A stretch of DNA of 64,000 bases from Eledone cirrhosa (Eukaryota): contig OZ024743.1 in NCBI GenBank assembly GCA_964016885.1, positions 104,842,001-104,906,000 on the forward strand, written 5' to 3'. This document shows, one piece after another, positions 24,981 to 40,870 of the stretch. Under the pieces are notes generated by a model. That model saw nothing but the letters and a program-made list of their open reading frames with translations, was not told where the DNA came from and did no database searches. The position numbers and the translations under genes are program-made. The first letter of the stretch is position 1. The number at the start of each line of letters is the position of its first letter.

Positions 24981-25979
24981 GTGAATATTTTCTTTATTTC
25001 TAACGATATGCAGAGTTGTTCAATCGAGACGATCAACAGAAAATTGGTCAGTAGACGTTAAAGTCTAATGTTGTATAAATACCTATAAACTTTGCTACGC
25101 ATGCGCGCACCACATATCCGCTACACCAAAAGCATATCAAAACATTCAGAATAATTTCTATCTATCTATTTATTTACCTATCCATTCTTATATTTATTTA
25201 TTAAAATAAAGTACTCCATAAATTGGTATGTATAGTTATAGTTGATCATTATGAATAATATTTGAAAACGGTTGCGTACAGTTCATCTGAAAACGGAAAA
25301 AAAAGTTGACCGTGATGCTTGTTTATATTTATATAATCGAACTCATAGCCTCCCGATTGTAGGGTCAATACTCTACCCACTAAGCCATGCGCCTTCACGA
25401 ATTTCCTCTACCTAATTTCACACAAAATACATGGTTTGCCCGAGGTTTTTGTAAATAGCCCTTGCCCAAGATACTTCTAAGAGGGATCGATCCCGGGACC
25501 TTCAAATTTCATTACCATTCTGTCGTTTGCAACCACAAGGATGAACTCTACCTATAACTAAAAGGGTCAGCTTTGTCATATATCATGTTATTTTATTGTT
25601 ACAGTTTTCATCAATTTTATTAAGTTTTTCATTTATAGTAAGTGCTAACTGCGCGAGGTTAACCGACTTAATATCAGCTCCCCATTCAATTACTACTAAC
25701 ACAATAATACGAGACCGGACAGTGTGGGAGAAAACTACTGGTGTGTTGAACATCAGGCACAAGCCGTCACGTGGTCCTTGTAGACAAAATGGAGAAAGCG
25801 AGGGTGACAAGTTGAAATAGCCATTCCAACTCGCAAGAATTATAATATTGTATAATTAACAGAGTTAATTATACAATGATAAATATTGTATTTTGAGTTG
25901 CATTAATGCATTAAAGTCTGTCTTAATTAAGCCCATAGGCTCATTATGCCGGTGTTTGTCCCATTTTCATCATCGTTAA

Positions 25980-26199
25980 CCCTTTAGCCTTTATGTTACT
26001 CTATATATACTATTATATTTTCTATTATATTTTTACGGTAAAGGCTTTATCTCACATAATATGGAATCTATGAAATTTTGGTGTTATTTATTTTAAGAAA
26101 AATACCTTAACATAAATATGAACAGACGGTTATGGTCGGTTTGAACAGAAAGAGGTGAGAGAATTCCGGCTGGATATGGCCGGTTTAAATGCTAAAGGG
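25980..26199. mobile_element. piggyBac-type MITE
   Basis: TTAA|CCCTTTAGC...GCTAAAGGG|TTAA, with TTAA TSD at 25976-25979 and 26200-26203. It interrupts an older SINE-like sequence. Confidence 0.85.
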
Positions 26200-27043
26200 T
26201 TAATCGATAGAGAGTACAAGACTCCGCCGAACAGGACGCCAGTCCATCGCAAGGTTAATCTTCATCTACTACTGGTAGACATTTTCAGCTGATGTACTAC
26301 CATTTATCTCTAGTCGACGAAATAACAATGCGGTTAGAGCACAAGGTAAAATGCTCTGTGATATTTGTTCCGGCTCGCGGTGTTTTGAGTTCAAATTCTC
26401 GATGAGGTCAATATAGCTTGTGATCCTGTTGAGCTCGGTAAAATAAAGGACTAGACCAAGGAGGTGGATCCGTGGATTTGCATAAGCACCTCGTGGTATT
26501 GTTCTGGCTGTTTGACATCGGAAGAGTAGTCTCTGTCTCCGATCCTGTTCACCCCCCCCTCTCAGCTGGGCTTTTGGTGACTCTAGCAGAGTTCACGTTG
26601 TTTCAAGCATTCGGGATAGGTTTTTCCGGTTTAAGGGTAACTTTCTCCTTTCCTCCCACCAGCCTCTGGGTCCCTCAATGAATAAATGACCATAGGCAAG
26701 GCCATTGTCCTCTTTCATTAACCATTAAGTGTATTCTGTTTTTATCAGGCCTTACAAGAATCTTATCTGTGTAGCGTTACAATATTTCTTACCCCACCCC
26801 CCAATAGGTGAAAGTAAAAAGTTTTAGATTTTTTTAATGTAAAATAATTGTAATAATTCTCCCAGGAGCAGGTAGTGTATTGAAATACTGTTTTTTTTAA
26901 ATGCTAGTCAGTTTTTATTTTAATGGAGATAGCCAAAGATTCTCCTTCGAGATTTTATTGATCTGCCGAGCCTAAACAACAAATAAGTGATAACACCAAT
27001 TTTCTCCATATTGTGTATCATTATATCTACGACGTCTATAAAT

Positions 27044-27149
27044 CCCGCCGAGGTTAACTTTGCCTTTCATCCTTACGGGGTCGATAAAATAAGGTACCAG
27101 TAATGTACTGGGTAATGTTGCTGGTCTTGTGCCAAAAAGTAGAAACAAT
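27044..27149 (+). mobile_element. 5'-truncated SINE family A with a long TSD
   Basis: Flanked by the direct repeat tatatctacgacgtctataaat. Confidence 0.9.
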
Positions 27150-27849
27150 TATATCTACGACGTCTATAAATAATTGAATCTGTTCGCGTGTATGTTAGAT
27201 CTCCGTTGGTTCTGATGAAGGGTGTTCCAGTTGTTCGAGAAAAGGAACAACTTGCTCATGCAACTAACGTGCAAGTGGCTGAGCATTCTACAGACATGTT
27301 TACACTTAATGCAGCTCTCAGGGTGCTTCCGCGTGACGAGGCCGGCTCTTTGAAATACAAGTACATCTCCTTTTTCCCCCAGTCAATTAAACTGAAGTAA
27401 CGTGTAATAAAGTATTTTATTCAAAGACAACGTGCCGCTGGCAATCGAACTCACGACTTAACGATCATGAGCCGAACACCTAAACGATTAAGCTACACGT
27501 CTGTAAATAATTGAAACTATTTAATGATTTAAGATTTAATGACGTCCGATAACAAACGGCCTTGCTGCAAGGGTTTTGTGGAAGACATTCGTAGATGAAA
27601 TAAATAAAACATTAGGCTGCAGTAGTTTGTAGTAATCAGTTTATCGATTTTATAGATTTATGAAGATAAAACATGAAGTTGAGCTCACTAAGACTTAAAC
27701 ACAGCATATAGATGTATAACTACATACGCAGAATCTACTAATTATTCTCTTTGATAATGATTTCTTTTGTTTTTAATTTTACTGACCCTGAAAGAAGAAC
27801 CGAAAATTTAAGCTCCGCAGAATTCGAATTTTATTAAACACCGTAAAAG

Positions 27850-28485
27850 TAATAATTGTTTTTACATTTGGCACAAGGCCAGCAATTTGAAAAGAAGAGG
27901 AAAGTCGATTAATTCAACTCAAAGTCTTTACCGGAGTTTTATTTCATCGGCCTCGGATGGATGAAAAGCAAAATTGACCTTAGTGGGACTTGAACTCAGA
28001 ACGCAAGAATTACCTCAATGACTTTTTATCAGATGTTTTACCAATTCTACTAACTCACCAGTTTTTAAATTAATTGTTTCTACGTTTGGCACAAGGCCAG
28101 AAATTACCCAGAGCATTACTGGTACTTATTTTATCGACCCCGTAAGGATGAAAGACAAAGTTAACCTCGGCGGGATTTGAACTCAGAATGGCAAGGGCCG
28201 TAACTCTATACGTCAAAGCATAGCGTCCGACCCTCTACCGATACTGCCAATCCACCAGTTTTTAAATTAATAATGATTTCTAGTATAGGCACAAGGCCAG
28301 TAATTTGGGGGAGAGGAAAGTCGATTAAATCGACCCCAGTGCGTTACTGGTATTTTCTTTTATCGACCCAGTAAGGATGAAAGGCAAAGCTAACCTCGGC
28401 GGGATTTGAGCTCAGAACCTAAAAAAACGTAAGTATATGCCGCAAAACATGTTGTCCGACATTCTATCGATACTGCCAATTCATC
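27850..28485 (-). mobile_element. Cluster of three SINE family A copies
   Basis: Copies at about 27850-28060, 28072-28256 and 28270-28485. The middle copy is flanked by the direct repeat ccagtttttaaattaat. Confidence 0.88.
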
Positions 28486-29183
28486 GCCCTAATAATGATG
28501 ATAACAATGAGACGAAAACAATGAAAAGGAGGAAAACAAAAAGGAGGTGAAGTGAAAAAGGATGAAAAGGAAAAAAGAAGAAACAGAAAAAAGAAGACCA
28601 CAAAGACAAAGCATAAGGGGTGGTGGTGGAGAGTCGGAAGAAGAAGAAGAAAAAGAAGAAGAAGAAGACGAAGAAGAAGAAGAAGAAGATGAAGAAGAAG
28701 AAGCGAATATAAAGTTAAACGCAAAAAGAATAAGTGCTGATCCAATGGCAGACATTTTTTCTAGATTGAAACTAAACTAGAAACTATATACAACGAAAGC
28801 AACTAATACGACAACAATACAAACAACAAAGACAAGCGGATACAAGTCACTCCATCATATATAAATGTAAAGAATATATCCCCTAAAAAACCCTCCGAAA
28901 AACTGTACAAAAAAAAAATCTGATGTCTAATAATTAAGGTATAAGAAAATGGTATTTTAAACTAACATTAGAATAAAATTACATTAAAAGCTTTCTTGAG
29001 TTTTAATTTAAGTTTTGAGTGATTCAATACGCCTTGCACTATGAAATACATAATAGTTTTTTTTATCGAAAATTAAATTAATTCTGTCAGATAGAATGTA
29101 GCTGCACATCTTCAGTTTGTTAACAAAAAAAGAAAAATGCAATGAGAAAATAAAAAAGAAAGCCAAAGCCATACACAGGCACG

Positions 29184-29293
<110 letters not shown>

Positions 29294-29674
29294 AAACACA
29301 CTATATAATGAAAGAAACTGATAAAAAGGAAGACTGGAAGAAATGAACAAAAACGAGGGTGGTGGGATGAGGAGGAGAATATATTGAAACAAATATATTC
29401 AGTTATTTATTTCACGTATGTGTCAAAATTTACAGTACTACATTAATCCGAGTAGCTCTGGTGTCGAGGTAGATGGCCGAAACACCTACAGAGTTACATC
29501 ACCGCCTGATGTGACATCGACACCTGCAGTCGGAGACAAAATACAATATATACATATATATATCAAGATGGATTCAGTTAGAAACTGGTTAAACCATTAG
29601 TCACCAGAGTACCCGATACTTGGGATAGTAGAGTATGGTTACACACACATACGCACGCACACGCACACACACGC

Positions 29675-29799
<125 letters not shown>

Positions 29800-29954
29800 A
29801 ATATAAATTAGCGAGAATCGTATTTCGGCTATTGGAACGCTCCATAGAAGCTAGTGAACTAGAGCAACAACGTAAGTTAAAAGGCCAAACACACTGAGAC
29901 GATGGTTAAACCATTATCCGCACAGCCATAGAAACGACCAAGCAATTCGGGTCA

Positions 29955-30012
<58 letters not shown>

Positions 30013-30029
30013 TATATATTTATATATAT

Positions 30030-31550
30030 ATAACCTATTACATAACATCAGAGCCGAAATCCAACCCTTGCAAGGCAGAATATACAGGGACGACGCCCTA
30101 TTTGCAGTCCAAAATTGCACTAATCGGGGTATTGATTTGCTAAAAAAACAATTACATAGATTCTTTAAAAATAACGGTCTCTCTATCACCATCGAGCCGA
30201 ACCATAAAGTAGTAAACTTCCTAGACGTCACCCTGGATCTCAACAATAACCTATATTCCCCTTACCATAAACCAGGTAAAATACTCACATATATTAGCCC
30301 ACACTCTAACCACCCACCGATAGTCATCAGAGCAGTAATCAAATCTATCTCGTATAGGATCTCAATGCTATCAGCAAATGAGGAGATATTTATAAACCAC
30401 GCACAATATTATAATAAGGCTCTCTCTGAATCTGGTTATAAACAATCAATTTATTACATACCTAAATGCCATAACACAGCAATTCACCATAATAAACTTA
30501 ACACTAGAACTAGAAATACCTTAGCATATAATCAGATTCGCCGGATTTTTAGCAGTAACAGCACCTATACAGGGAAGTTTAATGGTGGCAGCGGCCTGCT
30601 CCCCACTCCAAGAAGCAAACTAAAAATCAACCCTAGAATAGGAATGAGAAATGGGATGACAAATAACAAATCCCCAGGTAATAATAACCCTAGGAAGGCC
30701 CCTACTAACTTCACTAGAACCCCTAGAAGGAATAGACCTAGAAATATCACCTGGGTTAACCCCCCCATTCTCATCTAATCTAGCCACTAATATCCCTAAA
30801 CGCTTCTTTTCTATCCTATCTAAACATTCCCCCCCCCCCCCCCCCCAACCATAGATATTACAAACTCTTTAATAAAAATAACATTAAAATCTCATTCTCC
30901 ATAACACCTAACCTAGCCAGCCACATCGCATTCAGTAACCATCATAAACTAAGACAGTATAACTCCCACACCGCGGTACCACCACCCCTATCAAATACAC
31001 CACGCCACTACACCAATAATTACTCTAGTAGCACACCTCCCCCATCTAATCCTTCTAGCATTGACCAACCGCTTAGGTTAAACTACCCTACTCTCACTAA
31101 CCGCAGAAGCAACTGCAACTGCCGTTACCCTAATGCATGCCCATTAAATGGACACTGCCTGACACCCAACATAGTCTATAGGTGCACGGTTAAAACTGCT
31201 TCGAATACCAGCTCTTATATCGGGTCTACCTCTAACCCTTTTAAGGTACGCTATAACGCGCACTCTTTTTCCTTCCGAGACCCTAGCAACAGATGTTCGA
31301 CATCTCTAGCTAGGCTCATTAAAAACCTTAAATTAAACAACATTGAACACTCACTAAAATGGGATATCGCGGCTAGGGCCCAACCGTTCAATGGACGAAG
31401 AAAATCTTGTGATCTCTGTATTACCGAAGTATATTACATAACTCTATCACGACCTCTACCGATTAACGATAGAACGGAGGTAACTATTAGCTGTCAACAT
31501 CGAAGGGCTAATTCTGTCCAGTCTACATCCGTAGCATCTCCCTACTGTCA
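30030..31550 (+). mobile_element. 5'-truncated Penelope-like element (RT C-terminus plus GIY-YIG)
   Basis: IYRDDALF, VNFLDVTLDL, YISPHSNHPP and NITWVNPP; then CNCRYPNACPLNGHCL, IVYRC...YIGST..FKVRYNAH, STSL, CDLCITE, NDRTE and CQHR. Bounded by (TA)n. Confidence 0.92.
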
Positions 31551-31587
31551 TATATAAATGTATATATATATATATGCATATATATAT

Positions 31588-31680
<93 letters not shown>

Positions 31681-31684
<4 letters not shown>

Positions 31685-31832
31685 AACGAGTAGGACCCCG
31701 ACGGCTGAGCTCAAGCCGTTTCGACGGCTAATTGTGAAGTAAAACCGTTCCTATTACCCATTCTACTACCCTAAGTATTGAGTACTTTGGTGCGTTATGG
31801 TCCACCTGGTTCCTTACCACATTTCCTTCGTT
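31681..31832. mobile_element. PLE family T fold-back copy
   Basis: Inverted short arm 31682-31733 followed by the family tail, with (TA)n on both sides. Confidence 0.75.
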
Positions 31833-31934
31833 ATATATATATATATATATATATACATATATGTATATACATACATATACACTTATATATGTATATATAT
31901 GTATATATACACACATATATATATATATGTATGC

Positions 31935-31973
<39 letters not shown>

Positions 31974-31987
31974 GCACACACAAACGT

Positions 31988-32023
<36 letters not shown>

Positions 32024-32249
32024 ACACACACACATACACATATATATATATATATCTCACACTGCCCGGTCTGTCTTCCTGTATTTCTCCCTTGTTATCT
32101 TTTCTCCACCTCAGTGTCACTCTTCTTTGTCTGCACGTTCGATTACAGTCCTTATTATTCTCTTCTGTTTTACTATTTCTCTCCTTTTTATTTTTTCTCC
32201 TGTGGCTAATCTCTCGCGCATCGATCTCACCCTTCTTTGTCAGTTGACG

Positions 32250-32900
32250 CACTTTGGTTGCCTTTTCTCATATATTTGTGTAATTCGCCTAAAAGCATAA
32301 CTTGTCTCTACTTGTTTTGTTATGCCCCAATATGCAGTGACATTAATGGTTACAACCTTGATAAACCGAAACCGTAGTGATTTCCAGAGGTTGATTGAAG
32401 AGATGGATTGTCCACATTTCCGTTGTTTTTTCCATTGTTGTCATCCTATGCGCCCACTATTTTAAATATCTATATATCTATATAGCACTATGTCTAACTT
32501 TAAATATATCGTAAACAAAAAGCTCCCACTGCTTAACTAGCCGGATACTCCTGTAGGATCAGACATGCATACTCTCCAGAGGGAACCTCCAAGACAAAGG
32601 TCATAATTTATGAGACAACAATCAGATCATCAAACCCAAATCGCGCCACCAGCCTCAGGCGTATGCCAGCCTGACAACCATGCGGCATCGTTCTGGGAAC
32701 GGTAGAAAAGAAACAATGAAACACTCCAGCCATGTCTGGAAGCTGAAAGAGGACTCTGCATATTACAACATTAGCTGGAGCCTATCAGAAAGTTGCATAC
32801 CTCCATCAATGTTTCTAAGAAGTGAACACTGTAGCGATGAGAGGAAAAATTCGTTGTCCCAAATTCATTGTACTCAATACAAGGAATAAGTTATAGAAGT
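32250..32900 (+). mobile_element. Highly decayed PLE remnant
   Basis: KHSSHVWKLKEDSAYYNISWSL resembles the PLE GIY-YIG C-terminus. A decayed HHR-like string ggtt...aacc-gaaa-ccg-tagtg lies at about 32334-32380. Confidence 0.5.
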
Positions 32901-33165
32901 ATCGCCTGCATAATACAATGTACATACTTCGGTTTTGGCCACCAAACACATACCCACTACCCACCACGAGCAAGTGATATTGATGCCACCGGATAACTAC
33001 TGCAGCATTGGCACATATTAAGCATCCAAAAAAAAAAAAAAATTCCCACCTAACTTGCACCTAACTCTGAGGAAAATAACTGCCAATAAGAATTATCTCC
33101 CATAGACCGAATATAAAGAAATAATTATATGTATGTATATATATGCATATATATATATGTATATA

Positions 33166-33353
33166 GAGAAGAAGTTTATGAAACGGAAATGCGGGTATAA
33201 AGAATTTATTAGGTAACAATTGTTTCTATAGTGTATGGGTTACCTATACCTCGCTATTTGAATAGCGAGATATAGGTAACCCATACACTATAGAAACAAT
33301 TGTTACCTAATAAATTCTTTATACCCGCATTTCCGTTTCATAAACTTCTTCTC
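33166..33353. repeat. Near-perfect palindrome with arms of about 93 bp
   Basis: Axis about 33259. Each arm has GAAA-CAAUUG-UU followed by AAUAAA, resembling an HHR 3' half plus poly(A) signal. Confidence 0.9.
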
Positions 33354-33482
33354 CATATTTTCTCCGGATTTTAAAACGCACTTTATTATACGTTGAGCAA
33401 TCTCCGACGTCGGTTGACTCCATCCAATGCAACTACTTAGTAACATTGGAATACAAATTTACTAATATATATGTATATATAT

Positions 33483-33768
33483 AGTTTTTTTCCACCTGGG
33501 GGTGAAAGGCCCGCAGTTGTTGTCATAACACCTTTCTAGGAGAGGGAAACTGAAAAAAAACCTGCGGCTTCAGAAGCATCCGATGATGACCAGTTCTCCT
33601 TTTCGGGCAGTGTTTTCGATGCTCAGAGAGTGGGATTGGTCGAGTGCAAGTCCTTTCCCCACTTAAAAATCCTTCAAAGTACATGCATTGCTTGTTCAGA
33701 ATATGTTACAGGTTCGTGTGGCTGGCTGTAGCCTAAACGTACACCAAATTCTATACTCTGACAAGCTA

Positions 33769-33770
<2 letters not shown>
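33483..33770 (+). mobile_element. Non-autonomous RTE-derived element, 3' part
   Basis: Reverse complement of about 9700-9975. Confidence 0.75.
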
Positions 33771-33827
<57 letters not shown>

Positions 33828-34622
33828 TATATATACACACACATATGTATTTTATTATGCGCATTTCAAAAACAAATATCATCATGGGATGATATCTGCG
33901 TTCTCATCAGATAAAATAGGGAGAAATGATATGAAGCTTAAAAAACACTTGTGAATAGTGAAGTTTTAAATCAACATAAAATACTTGGAACTCTTTTAAC
34001 CATCTTTTGATCTTATATTATTTATACTCCAGTCATACAAATTGTAGAGTGCTACTTATCCGATATTTGCATTGCTTTATTGTGCTACAATAAAACTCAC
34101 CTCCTACATATATATATATATGTTTATATATATATATGTGCGTGTGTATGTGTGTGTGTCCATATATATGTGTGTGTAGTACTACATTGGAGTAGTATTT
34201 GCACATAGGCAACCCAAACCAAATTATTTGAGGTAGTCCCTATACACAATATGATGCAAGAAATAAATACCAGGCATCATATGTATATATCCGCCCGTTA
34301 TTGTGTTTATGTTTTGCCTGTGCCTGGGCTTATATCCCAGAACTTAGCGGTCCGATAAAATAAGTACAATACTGGGCTCGTTATGATCGACTGAATAAAG
34401 GTGGTGCCCCAGCATGTCCGTAGTCAAGTGACAGAAAACAGTAAAGGAATAAAAGTATAAGAGTAAAAATACACACACACAGGCACGCACACACACACAC
34501 ACATAGACACACACACAAACGCGCGCGCACACATTTATTTATATATATATACAGAATCCCACTCTCACACATGAAAGTGATATATATATATACTGTATAT
34601 ATATATACTGTATATATATATA

Positions 34623-34692
<70 letters not shown>

Positions 34693-34929
34693 TTATGTAT
34701 GTATGTATTCGAAGCATAACAAGTGATAGTGTATTCTTGCAAGCTAACTTCATAATCATTTATTTATCAAACAAACAAAACATCAGAATTATTCAGACAT
34801 AAAATACATTTTCTTCTCTCTCTCCTTTCAAAAGAATTTCTGTTATTTTTTTAATAAATACTCTATCCTTGTTTTTACATTCAATTTAAAAAAAAATCTG
34901 TCTCTGTCTGTCTGACTCTCTCTCTCTCT

Positions 34930-35040
<111 letters not shown>

Positions 35041-35103
35041 AAAATAATATATATATATATATATATACATATAAAATATATTTATATATATATATGTGTG
35101 TAA

Positions 35104-35176
<73 letters not shown>

Positions 35177-35719
35177 CACACACATATATATATAAATATA
35201 TTTTATATGTATATATATATATATATATTATTTTCTTTTGAAGGAAAAAAATCTTTAAAATGTCGATACAGAGTTTCTTGAAGCCGAATGATTTTCTCAT
35301 GCGAAATGTCATAATGAATACAGTCTGAAAGAAATGTTGACTACTTCAGTTTGAATTTAGAAAGTTCTGAAAAAGACAGAGAACAGACCGATTGAACTTG
35401 TATTCTCATTGTAATTTGTTTCTTTAACAGATATTGTATCGTTGATGCCAGAATATGGAATTTATCAAAAAAAAAAAAAAAAAAATTTGTGATAGTTAAC
35501 AAGAAACAACACCCGACATTTTCAATATATTTAAAGGAAAAATCCATGAAGATTTTACGTATATCATGGAAAAATATTGATTCAGTATATGAATCGAGAA
35601 TAAATCTGCCTTTACTTATACTTTGTGTGCGCGTAAATGCAACTTGTCATATAAATACTATTGCCTTATTTTCCTAAAATTGTTGCCTAAAGGGAAAAGT
35701 ATCCAAACGAACAGCATTG

Positions 35720-36650
<931 letters not shown>

Positions 36651-37384
36651 TGTGTGCATATGCTTGTATTTGTGTGTATATAAAAACGAAGAAGAAAAAG
36701 AACGCAATAAAGAAGAAAATTTGTAAGCTATTTTTATGAGAGAAAAATATATTTGTTGATTGCGCGAATCAATGAACGCTCGAGTTATCAATTCCCACGT
36801 CAATCGAAGCTGGAAAATAACGAATAGTGTTCGGATCTCTTTTTGTAACTGTTTAGCCGTGGGCTGTCTCTGAACCAGTAGGCATATGATTAACGGCGTT
36901 CCAATCGTGGCTATCACATGGTGTTATCTATTCAGACTACATAAGCTAATATGTGCTTCCTCTTCATAGTGGCAGGTGCGAATCGAAGGAAATTTAGCTG
37001 CTATTTTAAACAAAATGAGCAGCCGCTTATAGTTTAGCTTGTTCTGTAGAAGATAGTAATCGATGAGGAAAAAATAATGTTTTCTGATTATGGAACAAGG
37101 CCAGCAATTTTGTGAGGGAAGAGAAAGTCGATTATCTTCAAAACCTACAATACTACAAAACATACAATAATGCAAATGGCCGACTGTAACAGAAATTGTA
37201 CGGAGGACAACCGTCTCCAATAATGTTTTTCGTTTGATATCGCACAAGGTTGAGGTGGTGCTAATATAGTTGATTTGATTGACATCAGTATATTGCTCTC
37301 ACATATTTTATCGACCTCCGATAAAAAAAAAACAAACAAAAAACAAATGCCAAGTCGAATTCAAAGTTTTATAAGAATAATCAT

Positions 37385-37590
37385 TCTTTCTAACATAAGC
37401 ACAAGGTCATCCATTTTGAAGGAAAAATCCGATGATATCGACCCCCAGTATTCAAATGGTACTTTATTTTATCAACCTTGGAAGTATAAAAGTCAAAGTT
37501 GACCTCGATCGAATTTGAACTCAGAATGTAAAGAGCCGAAAGGCTGCAAAGTATTTTTACTTGGCGATCTGACGGTTCTGCCAATCCAAC
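37385..37590 (-). mobile_element. Diverged SINE family A
   Basis: Reverse complement of core ggtactttattttatcaac...gacctcg..gaatttgaactcag. Confidence 0.75.
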
Positions 37591-37624
37591 AGCACATCTA
37601 ATAATTGTAAATGGACCTTCGTAT

Positions 37625-37665
<41 letters not shown>

Positions 37666-37710
37666 ACTAAATGCACACACACACACGCACACACGCACAC
37701 ACACACACAC

Positions 37711-37838
<128 letters not shown>

Positions 37839-37985
37839 TCTCCCTTCATATCTCGAGCAGCTCTCATGGTCATTACATTAATGTTACAATTCTTTTGTCT
37901 TCGACAATGAGAAAAATAAAAAAATTCAAACAAAAATGGCCGGCCACTTCTTACGACATCCTTGTCAAGTTCTATTCCATTATTA

Positions 37986-38074
<89 letters not shown>

Positions 38075-38429
38075 ATAGAATTTATTAAAGGTAGTTGCTG
38101 CAGTGTTTCGGGTGTTCGGTTGAGGTAACTCAGTGAGAAGAATTAAAAAGCAAAGTAGTTTGAAATATCAAGTACTTAACTGTGATTTGAGTATTAGAGA
38201 TAGAAAAAAAAAAAAAACATAACAAAGAGGAAATACAAAATGTAAATATACAAATGAAAAAAATAAAAACCACAGAAAATAAAAACGGCAAAAGAAAAAT
38301 AAATATATAAATCAAATCTAAATCACTCTGTTAAAAACAAGGGGACTGGTACATTTTGTCTTACATCCTGGAGCGACATATTGAAAAAAATATTTTCTAC
38401 CACTCTTTTTCTCCACCACTTCTCTGTAT

Positions 38430-38530
<101 letters not shown>

Positions 38531-38621
38531 CACTAAGCAGAGTTGCATATTTATATGAATAAGCCATGTTGTCGGATTAATATAGGCATACACACATATC
38601 CGTTTACAGACACGCACACAG

Positions 38622-38663
<42 letters not shown>

Positions 38664-38828
38664 GTGTAAATAATATTATATAATATTATATGTTTAATAA
38701 TTTATTCATTCTTTCTGTATATACATACATTCATAGATATGTTCATGTGTGCGTGTTTACACACACATACACACACACAAACACAGACACACACACAAAC
38801 ACACACACATACACGCATACACACACAC

Positions 38829-38859
<31 letters not shown>

Positions 38860-39330
38860 TAAATATATACATAAATATGAATATATATATATATATATAT
38901 ATATATGAATACATATATATGAATATATACTTTTGTATGCTTATATGTATGTATATTTTCATATATATGTATATGGGAGTTTTGTCATCTGTGAAAGTTT
39001 TTAGTGCCCTCTTAGCCTCTACTTAAATTTCAGCTTTCTCTTACTGCTCCATAAACAAACATCTGTGACGTTTTCCACAGACGACACCAGGCATTTATCT
39101 TAAAAAACAAATTCATTTTTATTATAAAACTGTCAACTTTATTTTCATTTTCTCGGCCTGGAAGCATTTTCTTTTATTTAAAGCAATCAGCTTTATACAT
39201 GTATGCCTTCATACGGTTATATACATGTGTATATAAAAAACAGACGCACATACACATATTAATATATGAATATTGGCGTACATTTATAAAAAGATACTTT
39301 TTTCCTCATCTCTCTCACTCTCTCACTCTC

Positions 39331-39403
<73 letters not shown>

Positions 39404-39404
39404 C

Positions 39405-39500
<96 letters not shown>

Positions 39501-39507
39501 CATTCGT

Positions 39508-39842
39508 CATTTCATTTCATTTTACGTCCGCTTTTTCCCTGCTTGCAAGGGTGGGACGGGGCCTGATGCTGGGTTGATTTCTACAGCTGGATGCCCTTCC
39601 TAACACCAACCTCATTTACAGTGAGTGATGGATGCTTTTTTGCCGTGGCACCTCCACGACCACTTTGCAGTGGAATGATATGGACCACAGTCCCTATCAT
39701 CTCACTTCTACAGCCGAGTAAACTGGAGCAATGTGAAATAAAGTGTCTTGCTTAAGGAAACAACACATCACCCGGTCTGAGAATTAAACTCACAACCTTT
39801 CGATTGCAAGGCGAATGCTCTAACCATTAAGCCACGTGTCTC
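39508..39842 (-). mobile_element. SINE family B, near full length
   Basis: tRNA-like head at about 39770-39842, CORE-like block, and tail ggttggtgttaggaagggcatccagctgtagaaa...ggacgtaaaatga. Confidence 0.8.
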
Positions 39843-39850
39843 CATGTATG

Positions 39851-39889
<39 letters not shown>

Positions 39890-40499
39890 TTATGTCAGGT
39901 CACCACTTGGTGCTACTGGTAACATGTATCCCAGTACAACCTGTCTCATGGTCGGGTCGTTGGCGACTAAACTGGCAACCCCACCAAGGTTTCTTGGTGA
40001 GGAGGGTGACTTTGGACATCCTGCAGGACTAAAAACAAAACCTGTCAAAGGGCAAAGGAGCTCTTAAGAGTCAATGGCCATCCAAAATCAGTGGGAGAGA
40101 TGACCCCTTAGCCTTTGTCAAGGCAGAATTCTAGGAGAAGGAAAACTCTGATATAACTCCTGCAACCCTGATGGTATCCAATGATGTTGACTTGTTCTTC
40201 TTTTTGGTAAATATCATCTTGGTTAAGAGAGTGGGACTGGCTTTGTGCATTGCCTTTGCTCACTATAAAAGCTTCACGGCACAGGCATTGCTTTGTATCT
40301 GGAGATCTCTCTGCACTTGTCGTCACATGGTACCAAAGGCAAAGCACTATGTGTCAATAATTGTCACAAGTGTAGTGTTTGTACCAGAGTTTTCAAGTCG
40401 CTGGCTGGACTAAAAAGTCACTCGTTCAGCGCATCGGTAGGGGTTCTCCTACATGGATATAAAGTAGTGGCCGTACTCGAAAACGAGTTGGCAGCCACC

Positions 40500-40500
<1 letters not shown>
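39890..40500 (+). mobile_element. Non-autonomous (internally deleted) RTE-derived element, full copy
   Basis: RTE 5'UTR-like motif ctaggagaaggaaaactctgat fused to an RTE 3' zinc-finger remnant [17 protein letters not shown]; sits in (TA)n. Confidence 0.78.
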
Positions 40501-40532
<32 letters not shown>

Positions 40533-40533
40533 C

Positions 40534-40650
<117 letters not shown>

Positions 40651-40653
40651 CAT

Positions 40654-40721
<68 letters not shown>

Positions 40722-40870
40722 ATACTGGGGACGTCATATTGTTGTAATAATAGTGGTAGTGCCAGAAATAATAACAGAACACACTCACTGTTTGATTGGT
40801 TTTCGCTTCTGTATCTTTTATATCTCCACAGTGAATTCATTTGGTCCTCAATGTTTATCATTGTCTGACA

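Noticed and set aside
36740-37040. Unique-looking segment considered as a miRNA precursor or conserved element
   Set aside because: No clear pre-miRNA hairpin or recognisable mature sequence by eye.
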